Below the pieces are notes generated by a model. That model worked only from the letters and a program-made list of their open reading frames with translations, was not told where the DNA came from and did not search any database. From Bdellovibrionota bacterium (GTDB taxonomy: Bacteria > Bdellovibrionota > UBA1018 > CAIPTA01 > JAALKR01), in the NCBI GenBank assembly GCA_965207455.1, contig CBDBMJ010000001.1, positions 96,001 through 160,000 on the forward strand: 64,000 nt of DNA, read 5' to 3'. The translations under genes were made by a program, and so were the position numbers. Shown one piece after another: positions 19,991 to 30,338 of this stretch (the first letter of the stretch is position 1; each line of letters begins with the position of its first letter).

Positions 19991-22303
19991 ATGAAACCTA
20001 TAAGCAAATTAAAAAAATGGCTTAAAATATTTAGCTTGTCAGTGCTTGCTTTAATGAGCTTTTCAGAGGTGGGGCTGGCGGCGGTAGGCAAGAATCGCCC
20101 GAAAACTAAAGTTTTTCGCGATGATCGGTTAAGGAGTTTAACACTAGGGAAGTTGAAAGAAGCTGTCCTCAACAAACATTTTGAACGTATAAAACAAGCC
20201 GCTGGAGATAAGCTGTCGCATGGTCTAAATTTGATTTTTTCACCTACCAATAGGTCAAATAATTTGCGATTATTAGAAAATCCTGAACTTAGGGAAGATA
20301 GCCCGAAGGCTGCTGGTCGCTTTTTAGAAGCGGCTTTTCGTCAATTAGGTATTCCAATAGATATTGCCACCTCTAATATATTGAAAATTCTTGCAGAGAA
20401 ACCGGCAGTAAAAAAGGAATCAAATGCTCAAAGCAAGGGAGATACTCTAGCAAAATGGGACGCAAGAATGGAGGAGATTCTTACCTATCACATGGAATCT
20501 ATCCGTTCATTTCTTGGAGATGGATTGCTCTCTAAACGGTTGAAGGAGATCCTGTCCTCTAGTGACAAGAGAGTTGAGACTTTGAAAACTATAAAGCATA
20601 ATACAAATAAATTTCAAAGAAAAGATATTGGTGCCACAGCTAGGCTTTTATATAAGATACTTCTTAAAGAAGGTATTATTCGCGATATTCAAACCATGGA
20701 AGAAATGCAGATTGAGGTGAAGAGCATATTTGCTAAAATGTTTAAAGAGAGGATGAGAGTGGGCAAGTTAGAATATTTGAATTTTATGGATAATCCTACT
20801 AAACATGATGGAGAATCTCAAAATTCTCGCCATGCTTTTTGGCTACTCTATCAAAAGTCTAAAGCCTCCATAATTGGCCGCACAATTTTTATAGATACCC
20901 CCTTGGGGGGAAAGCAGAATGCAGTGGTTCTTAATATAGAGAAAGAGGATTCTGCTGAAGATAAATTGATTATTTTAAGTAATAGAGGCAGAAGATTTTT
21001 AAGGAAAATGACTGCTGTTCCTGAAAATCTTTCTATTATTAGTTTGGCTAAAGAAGCTAAAATGATATCGAATGCTCGATTAAGTTTTATGGAGAACTAC
21101 TATAATGGTAGAGATATTAATAACAGGCTTGTCTCGTTTGGTTATAGAGAGAGAAATGCTGTCCACACTGTTTGGAGAGAGGGTGAGGGAATACTTACTA
21201 AATTATCGAGTGGAAAATTACAATTAACAACATCTGTGGGCAGGAAATTACTGTTTGATCCGGAATCTGTTGAGCTTGGTATTTTCTACTTCCTTACAGA
21301 AAGAAAAGTTATTGATGGAGAGAATAAAAAAATTATCAGTAATGATTTCAAGCCTTCGCATGATTTTAAGAAAATTTATGAGACTGGAGTTATTGAAGGA
21401 AATGAGCGCTATGTCTGGGTATTGGATAGGAGTCGTCAGGAGGATATATTTTACAGAAAAGTGAGCACACTAGACAATGGAAGAAAAGTGTTTAGTGTGG
21501 TTGATGGAAAAATAATAGATGGGATAGTAACAGGGCTAAAAGATGGAGCTTTGATAGTAACAACAGTAGAGAGCAAAGAACTAATATTTACCAAAGAAGA
21601 TATTCATCTTGTGGGTTTGAGCGAAACGGCTAGAAAGCATTACCAAATCTATGAGAGTATTCGGTCAGATTTTTTGAATGGGTCTATTCGTGAGGAAAAT
21701 AGATATGTCATGGTACCTGATAAGAGCGACCCAAAGCCTTGGCATCGATCCATGGGAGAAGTGATAGGAATAAAAGATGAAAAATTGATCATTAAAATAG
21801 CCTCAGGTAAAGAACTGGCATTTTCCCTAGAGGAACTTCATTTTATTCGAACAAACGAGGCTGCTAGAAAGCATTACAAAGTAAAGTTAGAGAAGAAGCG
21901 CAGAGCTGATCTACATACTCGAGAACTAGAAAGTCAATTAAAAATAGATTCTATGAAGAATGCTGCTCATAGAAAACTTAAGAATGTAACAGATGCAATA
22001 AATGCTTTCAATAGGCAAAATTTTTCTGGAGATATGAAATTTGTCTTGCTCAATCGGCATGCAGTCGAAATCGACGGCTATAATGATCAGAGCAAGAGGG
22101 ATACATTTGGAAAGATTGAGAAGGTAAACCCTCTTGCTTTGCAGGTAAAAATAGAAGATGGTGGATCAATTTATGTTTATAGAAGGCATATTGAACGCGG
22201 TCTTCTCATTGCAGGATCTCTGGAGGCTAAAGAGTATTTTGAGAATTTAGAGAGGAATGAAACGATAAGCCAATCGAAAGTAGATCCTAGTGAAGAACGT
22301 TGA
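19991..22303 (+). CDS. Large secreted hypothetical protein with internal repeats
   Basis: Signal peptide; repeated G.V...KD..L.......KEL.F..E..H.....E.ARKHY. Confidence 0.75.
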   Translation: MKPISKLKKWLKIFSLSVLALMSFSEVGLAAVGKNRPKTKVFRDDRLRSLTLGKLKEAVLNKHFERIKQAAGDKLSHGLNLIFSPTNRSNNLRLLENPELREDSPKAAGRFLEAAFRQLGIPIDIATSNILKILAEKPAVKKESNAQSKGDTLAKWDARMEEILTYHMESIRSFLGDGLLSKRLKEILSSSDKRVETLKTIKHNTNKFQRKDIGATARLLYKILLKEGIIRDIQTMEEMQIEVKSIFAKMFKERMRVGKLEYLNFMDNPTKHDGESQNSRHAFWLLYQKSKASIIGRTIFIDTPLGGKQNAVVLNIEKEDSAEDKLIILSNRGRRFLRKMTAVPENLSIISLAKEAKMISNARLSFMENYYNGRDINNRLVSFGYRERNAVHTVWREGEGILTKLSSGKLQLTTSVGRKLLFDPESVELGIFYFLTERKVIDGENKKIISNDFKPSHDFKKIYETGVIEGNERYVWVLDRSRQEDIFYRKVSTLDNGRKVFSVVDGKIIDGIVTGLKDGALIVTTVESKELIFTKEDIHLVGLSETARKHYQIYESIRSDFLNGSIREENRYVMVPDKSDPKPWHRSMGEVIGIKDEKLIIKIASGKELAFSLEELHFIRTNEAARKHYKVKLEKKRRADLHTRELESQLKIDSMKNAAHRKLKNVTDAINAFNRQNFSGDMKFVLLNRHAVEIDGYNDQSKRDTFGKIEKVNPLALQVKIEDGGSIYVYRRHIERGLLIAGSLEAKEYFENLERNETISQSKVDPSEER

Positions 22304-22556
22304 AGATTAAGGCTTGAGATGAATAATAGAAATATGAGACATAAATCCAGGCACAACAGGAGGAGCGGGAGCAGAAAGCTAGAAAGGAACTAGATGAGGG
22401 CAAATATAATGGGGAGAAATATAAGATAGAATTCACTAGAACCTCACGAGTTTATAGAGGGCAAGTTAGAAGGCAGGGAGGAGGGATCAGTGCTGGTCCT
22501 TCTGTCGTGGACCTAATAGGGGGAGGTATTGCTACAGGTGCAGCCATACTTTTATT

Positions 22557-23612
22557 TTAGGAGATTTTTTTGCCTTCTAGCCAAGTCACATATTGTTCGA
22601 TGCCTTCCTCTAGGCTTAAAAATGTTTGGTTGTAGCCAGCGTTTTTGAGTTTTGTCATTTCAGCTTGTGTGTAGTATTGGTAGGACTCCCTGTATTGTGT
22701 TGGAGTGTCTATCCACTTCACTTGTAACTCTTTTTTTAAACAAGCAAACAAGGATTCCACCATGGAGTAAAAAGTGCGAGCTTTTCCAGACCCGCAGTTA
22801 TAGATCCCAGAGGGTGGTTGTTTGGTGTGGAGAAACTCCATTACATTCACCACATCTTGTACAAAAATAAAATCCCGTTGTTGTTCTCCGTCGGAAATTC
22901 CTTCCTTGTGGGATCGGAACAGAGGGCATGCATTTGTTTTTTGGATGGACTGGTAGCTATGATAGATCGTACTTGCCATGGAACCCTTATGGGATTCATG
23001 GGGACCAAAAACATTAAAGAACTTTACACCATACCAGCATGGTGGCGTGGCTTGCTTTGTTTTTACTTGTTCCAATACCCATTGATCAAATTCTTGTTTG
23101 GAGATGGCGTAGGGGTTTAGGGGCTGGAGCTGGGAGACGAGTTTATGGTCGTCGGAAAAACCAAACTCCCCTAATCCATACGTGGCAGCACTGCTGGCAT
23201 AAAGAAAGGGCACACCCTCCCGGGCACACCATTGCCATAACAACTTGGAGTACTCCGTATTCCATTGGCGCATTTCTTCCATATCTCGCTCCCGGCTGGT
23301 GTCCGTGATGGCACCAATATGGAATAGGGCTTGGATTTCCTCTCCCTCAGGGATGAGGTTTTGGGTTGCCTTGGTGCTCGATTTTTGAGCTTTTTGTAGA
23401 ATTTGGGGGAAGTAGGTATGGTCCACAATTGTATGGGGAGAGGATGGGCTGAGGGCTTTGGCCCTGTCCCAGTCGCTGAGTTGGGGCACACCAAAATAAT
23501 GGTTTTTACGGAAGGCCTCAGGGCTGTCGACGAGAAGGAGCCTATGATTATCCCCAAGGCGCTTGGCCAGTTGACTTCCAATAAATCCAGCAGATCCGGT
23601 GAGAATGAGCAT
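22557..23612 (-). CDS. rfaD: ADP-L-glycero-D-manno-heptose 6-epimerase
   Basis: TGSAGFIGS, YASSAATYG, PLNPYAISK, FFNVFGPHESHKGSMAS, YQYYTQA. Confidence 0.93.
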   Translation of the reverse strand: MLILTGSAGFIGSQLAKRLGDNHRLLLVDSPEAFRKNHYFGVPQLSDWDRAKALSPSSPHTIVDHTYFPQILQKAQKSSTKATQNLIPEGEEIQALFHIGAITDTSRERDMEEMRQWNTEYSKLLWQWCAREGVPFLYASSAATYGLGEFGFSDDHKLVSQLQPLNPYAISKQEFDQWVLEQVKTKQATPPCWYGVKFFNVFGPHESHKGSMASTIYHSYQSIQKTNACPLFRSHKEGISDGEQQRDFIFVQDVVNVMEFLHTKQPPSGIYNCGSGKARTFYSMVESLFACLKKELQVKWIDTPTQYRESYQYYTQAEMTKLKNAGYNQTFLSLEEGIEQYVTWLEGKKIS

Positions 23613-23716
23613 GGGTGTATATTTCCCCAGTCAAGACATCGAGTCAAGGCATATTGTCAAACTGAGTATTGTGTTGCGTATTCTCGGAGCCCCCTGTTTG
23701 TGCTATATCTATTTAA

Positions 23717-25600
23717 ATGTCTATAAAAATTTTAGAGAGTATGCTTGCCGACCAGATTGCTGCTGGGGAAGTGTTGGATCGTCCTGGTGCAGCAGTAAAA
23801 GAGCTGATAGAGAATAGTATTGACGGTGGTGCGGATCAGATTACGATTTTTTTGGAAAAGGGTGGTCAGCGGCTTATTGAAGTTCAGGATAACGGCAGGG
23901 GAATTCCTTCAGAGGAGTTGCCGCTGGCAATAATGCGTCACGCTACCAGTAAGATTTCCGCTCTTTCGGACCTAAGCACCATTTCCACGATGGGGTTTCG
24001 AGGGGAGGCTTTGGCAGCCATCAGTGCCGTTAGTCGCTTTTCCATTTCCTCCTGTACGGGAGAGGGATCAGGTCGTTCTTTGACCTGTGAGGCCTCCACC
24101 ATTATCGACGACACAACAAAAGTGCGAACCCATGGGACGACCATACGGGTGGAAAATCTATATTTTAATACCCCCGTGCGGAAGAAATTTTTGAATAGTT
24201 TGTCCTCGGAGACCAACTATTGCAAGCAAATGGTTTTGCGTATGGCTCTGGGTAACTCAGGTTGTGGATTTACCCTTCATATAGACGGAAAAAAGATTTT
24301 TTCCTTTCCAAAGCAAGAGGAAAAATCTCGTGTGTATGATTTATTTACCCAAGGTCTCCATGTACCGTTAGAGGGAAAAAAAGAACTTCTTTCTTTTTAT
24401 CATACAAAAGACGGCACTACCCTTTCGGGTTATGTCCTTCCCATGAAATATTGTTTGCCCACTTCACGAAGTATGTTTACTTTCGTAAACAGGAGGCTTG
24501 TGCGAGACAAGGTTTTACAACAAGCCATTCTTAGCGCTTCTCGGGAAGTACTATTTGGAAAAGAGTATCCCCAGTTGGTACTTTTTTTAGAAATTGATCC
24601 AAAGAGGGTGGACGTGAACGTGCATCCGACTAAATCGGAACTGCGCTTTCACGATCCTAGCCCCTTTCGTTTTGTTTACAATTCTCTTTTAGCCACGTTA
24701 GCCCATCTTCGCCTGCCGACGAACTTAGAGCATACGATGGATACAGAGTCAGAAACCACAGTACCCATGGATCAGATAGGGATGCCTCCCAGGGCATTTG
24801 GTCCAATGATCGTTGCCCCAAGTACGTCAGTAACGAGAGGAATGGAAGCGATGGGAGGAATGGAAGGCTTTTCCCACTCCTCGCCTCCTCAGGTGCAGTT
24901 TCAAAACCCTCGGCTTGCCTCATTTGATATTGATTTTGGTCGACAGTATGAGCAAAAATCCCCATTAACGCCCATACCAACAAGTGGGAAAAATATTCCC
25001 ATGTTTTTAGGAACCATAAAAAACACCTATCTTGTTTGCCAAGATATGGATGGACTCCTGCTTGTGGATCAGCATGCAGCCCACGAACGGGTGATCTATG
25101 AGCGCTTACGTCAGGAGCATTTGGAAAAAAATCTCCACTCCGCTCCTCTCCTTATTCCCATTGTAGTGGAGTTAAATCCAGACCAACTCAATATACTGGA
25201 AAAGAAATTTTCAGAACTCACCCGTGTGGGATTGTATTTGGATCGCATAGCCTCTTCACAGGTGCGTATTACGGAACTGCCCTCACTGCTGTTGGATAAA
25301 GAGGGAAGCCCCAGGGTTGCTTTGCACACCCTCATCCAAAAGCTTGCGGACGTATTAGAGGAACATTCCGAAACAGAACTTTTAATCCATACCGTACAGC
25401 GGGTTCTTTTGGATGTAATTGCCAGCCAGAGTTGTCATTCTTCTGTGCGAGCGGGGCAAACCCTTTCCCCCTTGGAGGCAAATGCCCTATTGGAGCAGAT
25501 GCAGGAGACGGACTATGGAGCTCATTGTCCCCATGGTCGTCCCACCAGTGTGCGCCTTAGTTGGAAAGACATTGAAAAACTATTTAAGCGAATCTCGTAA
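23717..25600 (+). CDS. mutL: DNA mismatch repair protein MutL
   Basis: IAAGEV, KELIENSIDG, GFRGEAL, DVNVHPTK, DQHAAHER, CPHGRP. Confidence 0.98.
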   Translation: MSIKILESMLADQIAAGEVLDRPGAAVKELIENSIDGGADQITIFLEKGGQRLIEVQDNGRGIPSEELPLAIMRHATSKISALSDLSTISTMGFRGEALAAISAVSRFSISSCTGEGSGRSLTCEASTIIDDTTKVRTHGTTIRVENLYFNTPVRKKFLNSLSSETNYCKQMVLRMALGNSGCGFTLHIDGKKIFSFPKQEEKSRVYDLFTQGLHVPLEGKKELLSFYHTKDGTTLSGYVLPMKYCLPTSRSMFTFVNRRLVRDKVLQQAILSASREVLFGKEYPQLVLFLEIDPKRVDVNVHPTKSELRFHDPSPFRFVYNSLLATLAHLRLPTNLEHTMDTESETTVPMDQIGMPPRAFGPMIVAPSTSVTRGMEAMGGMEGFSHSSPPQVQFQNPRLASFDIDFGRQYEQKSPLTPIPTSGKNIPMFLGTIKNTYLVCQDMDGLLLVDQHAAHERVIYERLRQEHLEKNLHSAPLLIPIVVELNPDQLNILEKKFSELTRVGLYLDRIASSQVRITELPSLLLDKEGSPRVALHTLIQKLADVLEEHSETELLIHTVQRVLLDVIASQSCHSSVRAGQTLSPLEANALLEQMQETDYGAHCPHGRPTSVRLSWKDIEKLFKRIS

Positions 25601-26545
25601 ATGGAAAAAATTATTTTCGTTACAGGTCCAACAGGTTCTGGCAAAAGTGAATTTGCTTTAGATTTGGTGAAAGATCTCGCGGCTAAAAATAAATCAAGTG
25701 AAATTATTTCAGCCGATTCCATAGCTATTTTTCGAAAGTTTAATATAGGTACGGCAAAGCCGTCCCCAGAGTTGCGTGCCCAGGTGCCTCACCATTTGAT
25801 TGATATTTGCGACCCTGAGGCGGAGTTTACCGTCGGTGATTTCGTTCGATCAGCCGACCCTATTATTTCTCGACTGCATGGTGAAAATAAAATTCCCATA
25901 GTGGTGGGAGGAAGCGGTTTTTATATCCAAGCACTGCTCCAGGGAATGGCCATAGAGGGAGCGGAAAGCATAGAGGAAAAAACAAAATGGGACTTGCACT
26001 ATAAGGAGCGTTTGTGTGAAGAGGGAATGGATGTACTCTACCAGGAGATGATTTCCCAAGATCCCATTTTATGGACAAAAATAGATAGGAACGATACCTA
26101 CCGCATCCTTCGTGCCCTAGTTGCCATGAAAATAACGAAAAAGAAATGGAGTGAGTTAAATAAGAAAGCACAAGCACGAAAGCCTCGCTACAAAAACTAT
26201 TCTTTTTTTTGCTTCGACCTTCCCCGTGAAGAACTGCAAAATAAGATCCAGCAGCGAACGAAAAAAATGTTATCTCAAGGATTGCTAGATGAAGTTCAAG
26301 ACCTTTTAGCCCAAGGAGTACCCAAAGATTGCAAGCCATTTCAAAGTGTGGGTTACCGGGAATGTGTGAACTGTATGGAAAAAAATGTAACCATAACAGA
26401 TACCACTGAGGTAGAAAAAGAGATTGTACAGGCAACCATGCGTTTGGTGAAACAGCAGCGTACCTGGTTTCGTGCCCGGGCCTCAAATCCAATTTGGATT
26501 CATTCCCAGCATGATATGTTGTATGGAAGAGGGCTTATTCTTTGA
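25601..26545 (+). CDS. miaA: tRNA dimethylallyltransferase
   Basis: GPTGSGKS, ISADS, IGTAKP, VGGSGFY, KQQRTWF; mutL-miaA synteny. Confidence 0.97.
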   Translation: MEKIIFVTGPTGSGKSEFALDLVKDLAAKNKSSEIISADSIAIFRKFNIGTAKPSPELRAQVPHHLIDICDPEAEFTVGDFVRSADPIISRLHGENKIPIVVGGSGFYIQALLQGMAIEGAESIEEKTKWDLHYKERLCEEGMDVLYQEMISQDPILWTKIDRNDTYRILRALVAMKITKKKWSELNKKAQARKPRYKNYSFFCFDLPREELQNKIQQRTKKMLSQGLLDEVQDLLAQGVPKDCKPFQSVGYRECVNCMEKNVTITDTTEVEKEIVQATMRLVKQQRTWFRARASNPIWIHSQHDMLYGRGLIL

Positions 26546-27393
26546 AAGATAGTTTAAAAATTATTATTATTTCCGACGGCACGGGAGAAACAGCCTCATT
26601 GATTGCGAATGCCGCTGTTTTGCAGTTTGCGGATAAAGAGATTGAAATTACCCGTTATAAAAATATTCGCTCCAAAACCCAAATTCAAGCTATTTTCCAA
26701 GATGCAGTGAAGAGGTGTAATCTTATCGCATACACCATTGTGTCCCCGGACCTATGTTTTTTAATTGAGGAAGAGGCCAGTGATGCTGATTTGCCCACCG
26801 TGAACTTGCTGAGTCCCATCATCAATGCCATGAGCCTATTTTTTGAAACAAAACCCATGGAAGAGCCGGGCCTATTTCACCAAGTGGATGATAATTACTA
26901 CCGACGTATTGGAGCCATGGAGTACACCATTAAGCACGATGACGGCAAGGACTATTCGCGCCTAGATAAGGCTGATATTATTTTACTAGGTATTTCCCGC
27001 ACCTCCAAAACTCCCCTTTCCATGTTTCTTTCCCATCAAGGTTGGCGAGTTTGTAATATCCCTATCATTAAGGATATTCCCATTCCTCAGGAAGTACATG
27101 CCGTTCCTCCTGAAAAAATTGTAGCCCTTACTATTCAAGCAGACATTTTACAATCCATTCGTAAGGCACGCCTGGGGCGTTTGGGAAAAACACTAAGCAG
27201 TAAACAAAATGAACAATACACGAGCCTAGAGAGTATTAGCGACGAAATTGAATACGCAAATCTTATTTTTCGTCAAAACAGGGGTTGGCCTGTCCTGGAT
27301 GTTTCAGGAAAAGCACTGGAAGAAATAGCCATGGAAATACATAAAATTATGACTATGCGAAAGAAACTATCTAAACTAGGAAAGAAAAATTGA
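26542..27393 (+). CDS. ppsR: PEP synthase/PPDK regulatory kinase-pyrophosphorylase (DUF299)
   Basis: SDGTGETA, HDDG, GISRTSKTPLS. Confidence 0.93.
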   Translation: MKDSLKIIIISDGTGETASLIANAAVLQFADKEIEITRYKNIRSKTQIQAIFQDAVKRCNLIAYTIVSPDLCFLIEEEASDADLPTVNLLSPIINAMSLFFETKPMEEPGLFHQVDDNYYRRIGAMEYTIKHDDGKDYSRLDKADIILLGISRTSKTPLSMFLSHQGWRVCNIPIIKDIPIPQEVHAVPPEKIVALTIQADILQSIRKARLGRLGKTLSSKQNEQYTSLESISDEIEYANLIFRQNRGWPVLDVSGKALEEIAMEIHKIMTMRKKLSKLGKKN

Positions 27394-28259
27394 CCCCTGT
27401 AACTTTCTCCGTGGTAATGGGACTATGCCTTTGTAATATTCTTTGGTCCTTGAATCCCGTGATGGGCAAGTGGTTGTTAGAGGATTTTTCCGCTGCCCAT
27501 GCAGCTTGGTTGCGCTATGGAACCGCCTGGCTTGCTATCCTTCCACTTCTTTTTTGGAAAAAATTACCAAAACTTCCCACCCAATCCTCCCACTATTTTT
27601 TATTCCTCCTACTGGGGCTTCTTACCTTTGCCTTAACTCCCATGTTTCAAGCCCAAGGGCTGGATGCCTCCCAAGCTACAGACAATTCCTTAATCATCGC
27701 CCTAGAACCACTGGCAACGGTGGCACTGGCTTGTATTTTTCTTGGAGAGCGTCTTCTGCGCCACCACTATATTTCATTCTTCTTTGGAATACTGGGCTTC
27801 ACTCTCCTTAGTCAATCCGACTACGCTTGGGGAAACCTACTCCTGCTTCTTTCCATTATTGGAGAGAGTGGCTATAGCGTTATTACACGAAAGCTTTTGC
27901 CACACTATAAACCTGTGACGGTCATGGGCCTTGGACTCACAGTGGGAATAGTTCTCCTTTCTTTTTTTGTCCTCTACCGGGAGGGCCTACCCTCCTTAGG
28001 AAACTTTCACTTGAAAAGTCTCCTAGCTCTTCTATGGCTGGGGCCCATAGGAACCACACTTACCTATCTCTATTGGACATTTATTTTGGCACGAAAAATA
28101 CCGATTGCAGGGATTGCCGTATTTTTATTTATACAGCCGTTATTGGGCCTTGTCTGGGGTCACTTTATGCTGGGAGATTATTTAAGCCCCATCAATATTC
28201 TGGGCATCGCACTCATTCTTATGGCAATTGCTTGGCAAGTACGCTTCCTAAAGGCGTGA
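27390..28259 (+). CDS. EamA/DMT family transporter
   Basis: About 10 TM segments, LEP..T..LA.IFLGER. Confidence 0.9.
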   Translation: MTPVTFSVVMGLCLCNILWSLNPVMGKWLLEDFSAAHAAWLRYGTAWLAILPLLFWKKLPKLPTQSSHYFLFLLLGLLTFALTPMFQAQGLDASQATDNSLIIALEPLATVALACIFLGERLLRHHYISFFFGILGFTLLSQSDYAWGNLLLLLSIIGESGYSVITRKLLPHYKPVTVMGLGLTVGIVLLSFFVLYREGLPSLGNFHLKSLLALLWLGPIGTTLTYLYWTFILARKIPIAGIAVFLFIQPLLGLVWGHFMLGDYLSPINILGIALILMAIAWQVRFLKA

Positions 28260-28444
28260 GCATTTTCAGGTCGATCAAGCACAGAAATTTATTGAAAATT
28301 ATCGTACATTCTTTCAGCACTGTCTATTTTTTAGTCGATATAAAGGCTCTCGCTTCTGTAGTTTTTAGTATATGCAATTTCTGGAATGAGCGTAAATAAC
28401 CGAAAGTAAAGGATTTTTAAAGAGATTGCTTTTTTGGTGTATTT

Positions 28445-28460
28445 TGGCACGTCCCTTGCA
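28445..28460 (+). promoter_or_regulatory. sigma54 promoter TGGCAC-N5-TTGCA
   Basis: Exact -24/-12 consensus ~55 bp upstream of ATG 28516. Confidence 0.75.
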
Positions 28461-28515
28461 TTAACAAATATATGAAATAGTAAACTTAAATCAAATTTAG
28501 AAAGGAAACATAATC

Positions 28516-29205
28516 ATGAAAAATCGAATAAATAAAAACATAATAACCATAACTGCAATAGCTTTTGTTATAGCATTACCAGGGTATTCTCAATCGGATT
28601 CTACAGATATACTGAGTGCGATAAATCAACTACCTATAAATGAAAGAATAGCCATAAAGAAAGCATGGATAGAGACAACTCTACATAGAAAAAGAGAGGA
28701 AAGGAAGAAACTTCTCAACTCTACTGCAGCATATACTTTAGATGTGGAACAATTGACTAATAAAGTAGCTTTGACTCTTAAGAAAATAACTTCAAAGAAA
28801 AAGCAGTCAAGTAAACTGCAGCAGAAGTCAAAGAATTTTGTAGGTTCTGCGGGTTCATTGTATTATCGTCAGTCTATGCAACTAACAAGTAGTGCATCTC
28901 GATTAGAAAAAACTACTTTGCCTGAATTGAGAACTAAGCTTAGGGATGCAAAATCTTTCTCATCTTGGTTCAACGCTGAAATCGACAAGGAAGTATTGAA
29001 ACTGGATGAAGAAATATCAAATTTGGAAAGAGAGTTGCTAATTGTAGGATTGCAAGAAATTAAAAGCAATCCATTGCTCGGTAAAGGAAAAATAAGAAAT
29101 TTGATAGAGACTGATTATTCTGTTGAATCGGGATCTCTTATCGTCATTGAGTCTTCTGGAGTTAATGGAGAGAGTCAGTCGAACCCCTATGCCCCAGCCC
29201 CATAA
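28516..29205 (+). CDS. Secreted coiled-coil hypothetical protein
   Basis: Signal peptide, long heptad region, GAAAGG RBS. Confidence 0.75.
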   Translation: MKNRINKNIITITAIAFVIALPGYSQSDSTDILSAINQLPINERIAIKKAWIETTLHRKREERKKLLNSTAAYTLDVEQLTNKVALTLKKITSKKKQSSKLQQKSKNFVGSAGSLYYRQSMQLTSSASRLEKTTLPELRTKLRDAKSFSSWFNAEIDKEVLKLDEEISNLERELLIVGLQEIKSNPLLGKGKIRNLIETDYSVESGSLIVIESSGVNGESQSNPYAPAP

Positions 29206-29234
29206 ATTATAATTTAATTTTCCCTCCTAAATAT

Positions 29235-29264
29235 AAAAGCCTCCTTTCAAAAAAGGAGGCTCTT
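29235..29264. terminator. Intrinsic terminator between convergent genes
   Basis: AGCCTCCTTT-caaa-AAAGGAGGCT. Confidence 0.75.
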
Positions 29265-29310
29265 AGGATGGTGAGTTGAAACACTTAAAAGAAAGATTGA
29301 GCTAAGTAAG

Positions 29311-30135
29311 CTAAATGACCTCATTGATACGATTCATGGCAATATCGCAGTAGCTTTTATCTATGTCCACGCCAACGCCTTTTCTTTTTTGTAGGCAAGC
29401 GGCTATCAAAGTGGATCCACTACCTAAAAAAGGATCGAGAACCGTATCACCAATAAAGCTAAATAATTTTATACATCGTCTGGGAAGCTCAACAGGGAAG
29501 GGGGCAGGATGACCTCCGGCACCTTTTTTGTTTTGGCCAGGGAAAGTCCAAACTCCATTTGTCCATTCCATAAATTCCTCTCTCGTTATGTCGTTTTTTT
29601 TATCTTTATTTTCACGGATTTTCTTCCAATGTTTTTTGTATAAAATTAGAATAACTTCAACGGGAGCAATAACGTAAGGGGCAGAGGCAGACATCCAAGA
29701 ACCCCAAGCCGTTCTCCGGGATATGTTTCCCTCATTCCAAATAATGGTTGAGTGATAGTTCCAACCCACTTTTTTAGCAATAGTTGTAATATCGGCACAG
29801 ACAGATTGCTGCCCACCTTTATTTTTATCTAATGGGATATTCAAACAGAAGCGTCCATCATCTTTTGCCAAGTCATAGCACTTTTTTAACCACTGTTCAG
29901 TAAATTTGAGGTATCGACTATAGGACATATCATCTTTATTGGAGTTATAGTGAATATCAACATTGTAGGGTGGTGAGGTAACAATAAGATCAATGGAGGA
30001 AGGTTTTATTTTCTTGATTTTTAAAATGTCGCTTTTATGTATGATAATGTGAGCTTGTTTACAGTCTTGAGACGTAAGATAGTTAGCAGTCTTTGATTTA
30101 GACTTAGAATGGTTTTTGGTATTTTTTTCTAACAT
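29311..30135 (-). CDS. Beta-class amino-DNA methyltransferase (SPPY, N4C-type motif), orphan
   Basis: VTSPPYN, HPAPFP, VLDPFLGSGST. Confidence 0.92.
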   Translation of the reverse strand: MLEKNTKNHSKSKSKTANYLTSQDCKQAHIIIHKSDILKIKKIKPSSIDLIVTSPPYNVDIHYNSNKDDMSYSRYLKFTEQWLKKCYDLAKDDGRFCLNIPLDKNKGGQQSVCADITTIAKKVGWNYHSTIIWNEGNISRRTAWGSWMSASAPYVIAPVEVILILYKKHWKKIRENKDKKNDITREEFMEWTNGVWTFPGQNKKGAGGHPAPFPVELPRRCIKLFSFIGDTVLDPFLGSGSTLIAACLQKRKGVGVDIDKSYCDIAMNRINEVI

Positions 30136-30338
30136 AAGTTATGGCTCCCTTTTATGGAAACATAGCAGATATTCGAAGTTTTTTGACTGAAAATTTCATT
30201 CAGGGCGATTGGAGGCAAGGAATTGCTCGCTGCGGAAAGTGCTAATCTGCGCTAGCGTTGCCGCCGGGTGAGAGTGTCGCTATCGTCGCATCGAGACAAA
30301 ACTTTAATTTCAACATAATAGGTGGTATATATGGGGAA

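Larger units (their letters stand above)
6307..22303. mobile_element. Putative degenerate genomic island/accessory tract at tRNA-Ala; right boundary uncertain
   Basis: Integrase abutting tRNA 3' end, XRE regulator, IS remnants, AT-rich orphan cargo; no attR repeat found. Confidence 0.5.

Noticed and set aside
22505..22520. attR of the tRNA-Ala island (GTGGACCTA)
   Set aside because: Short, imperfect and inverted relative to the tRNA end; lies in a probable coding remnant
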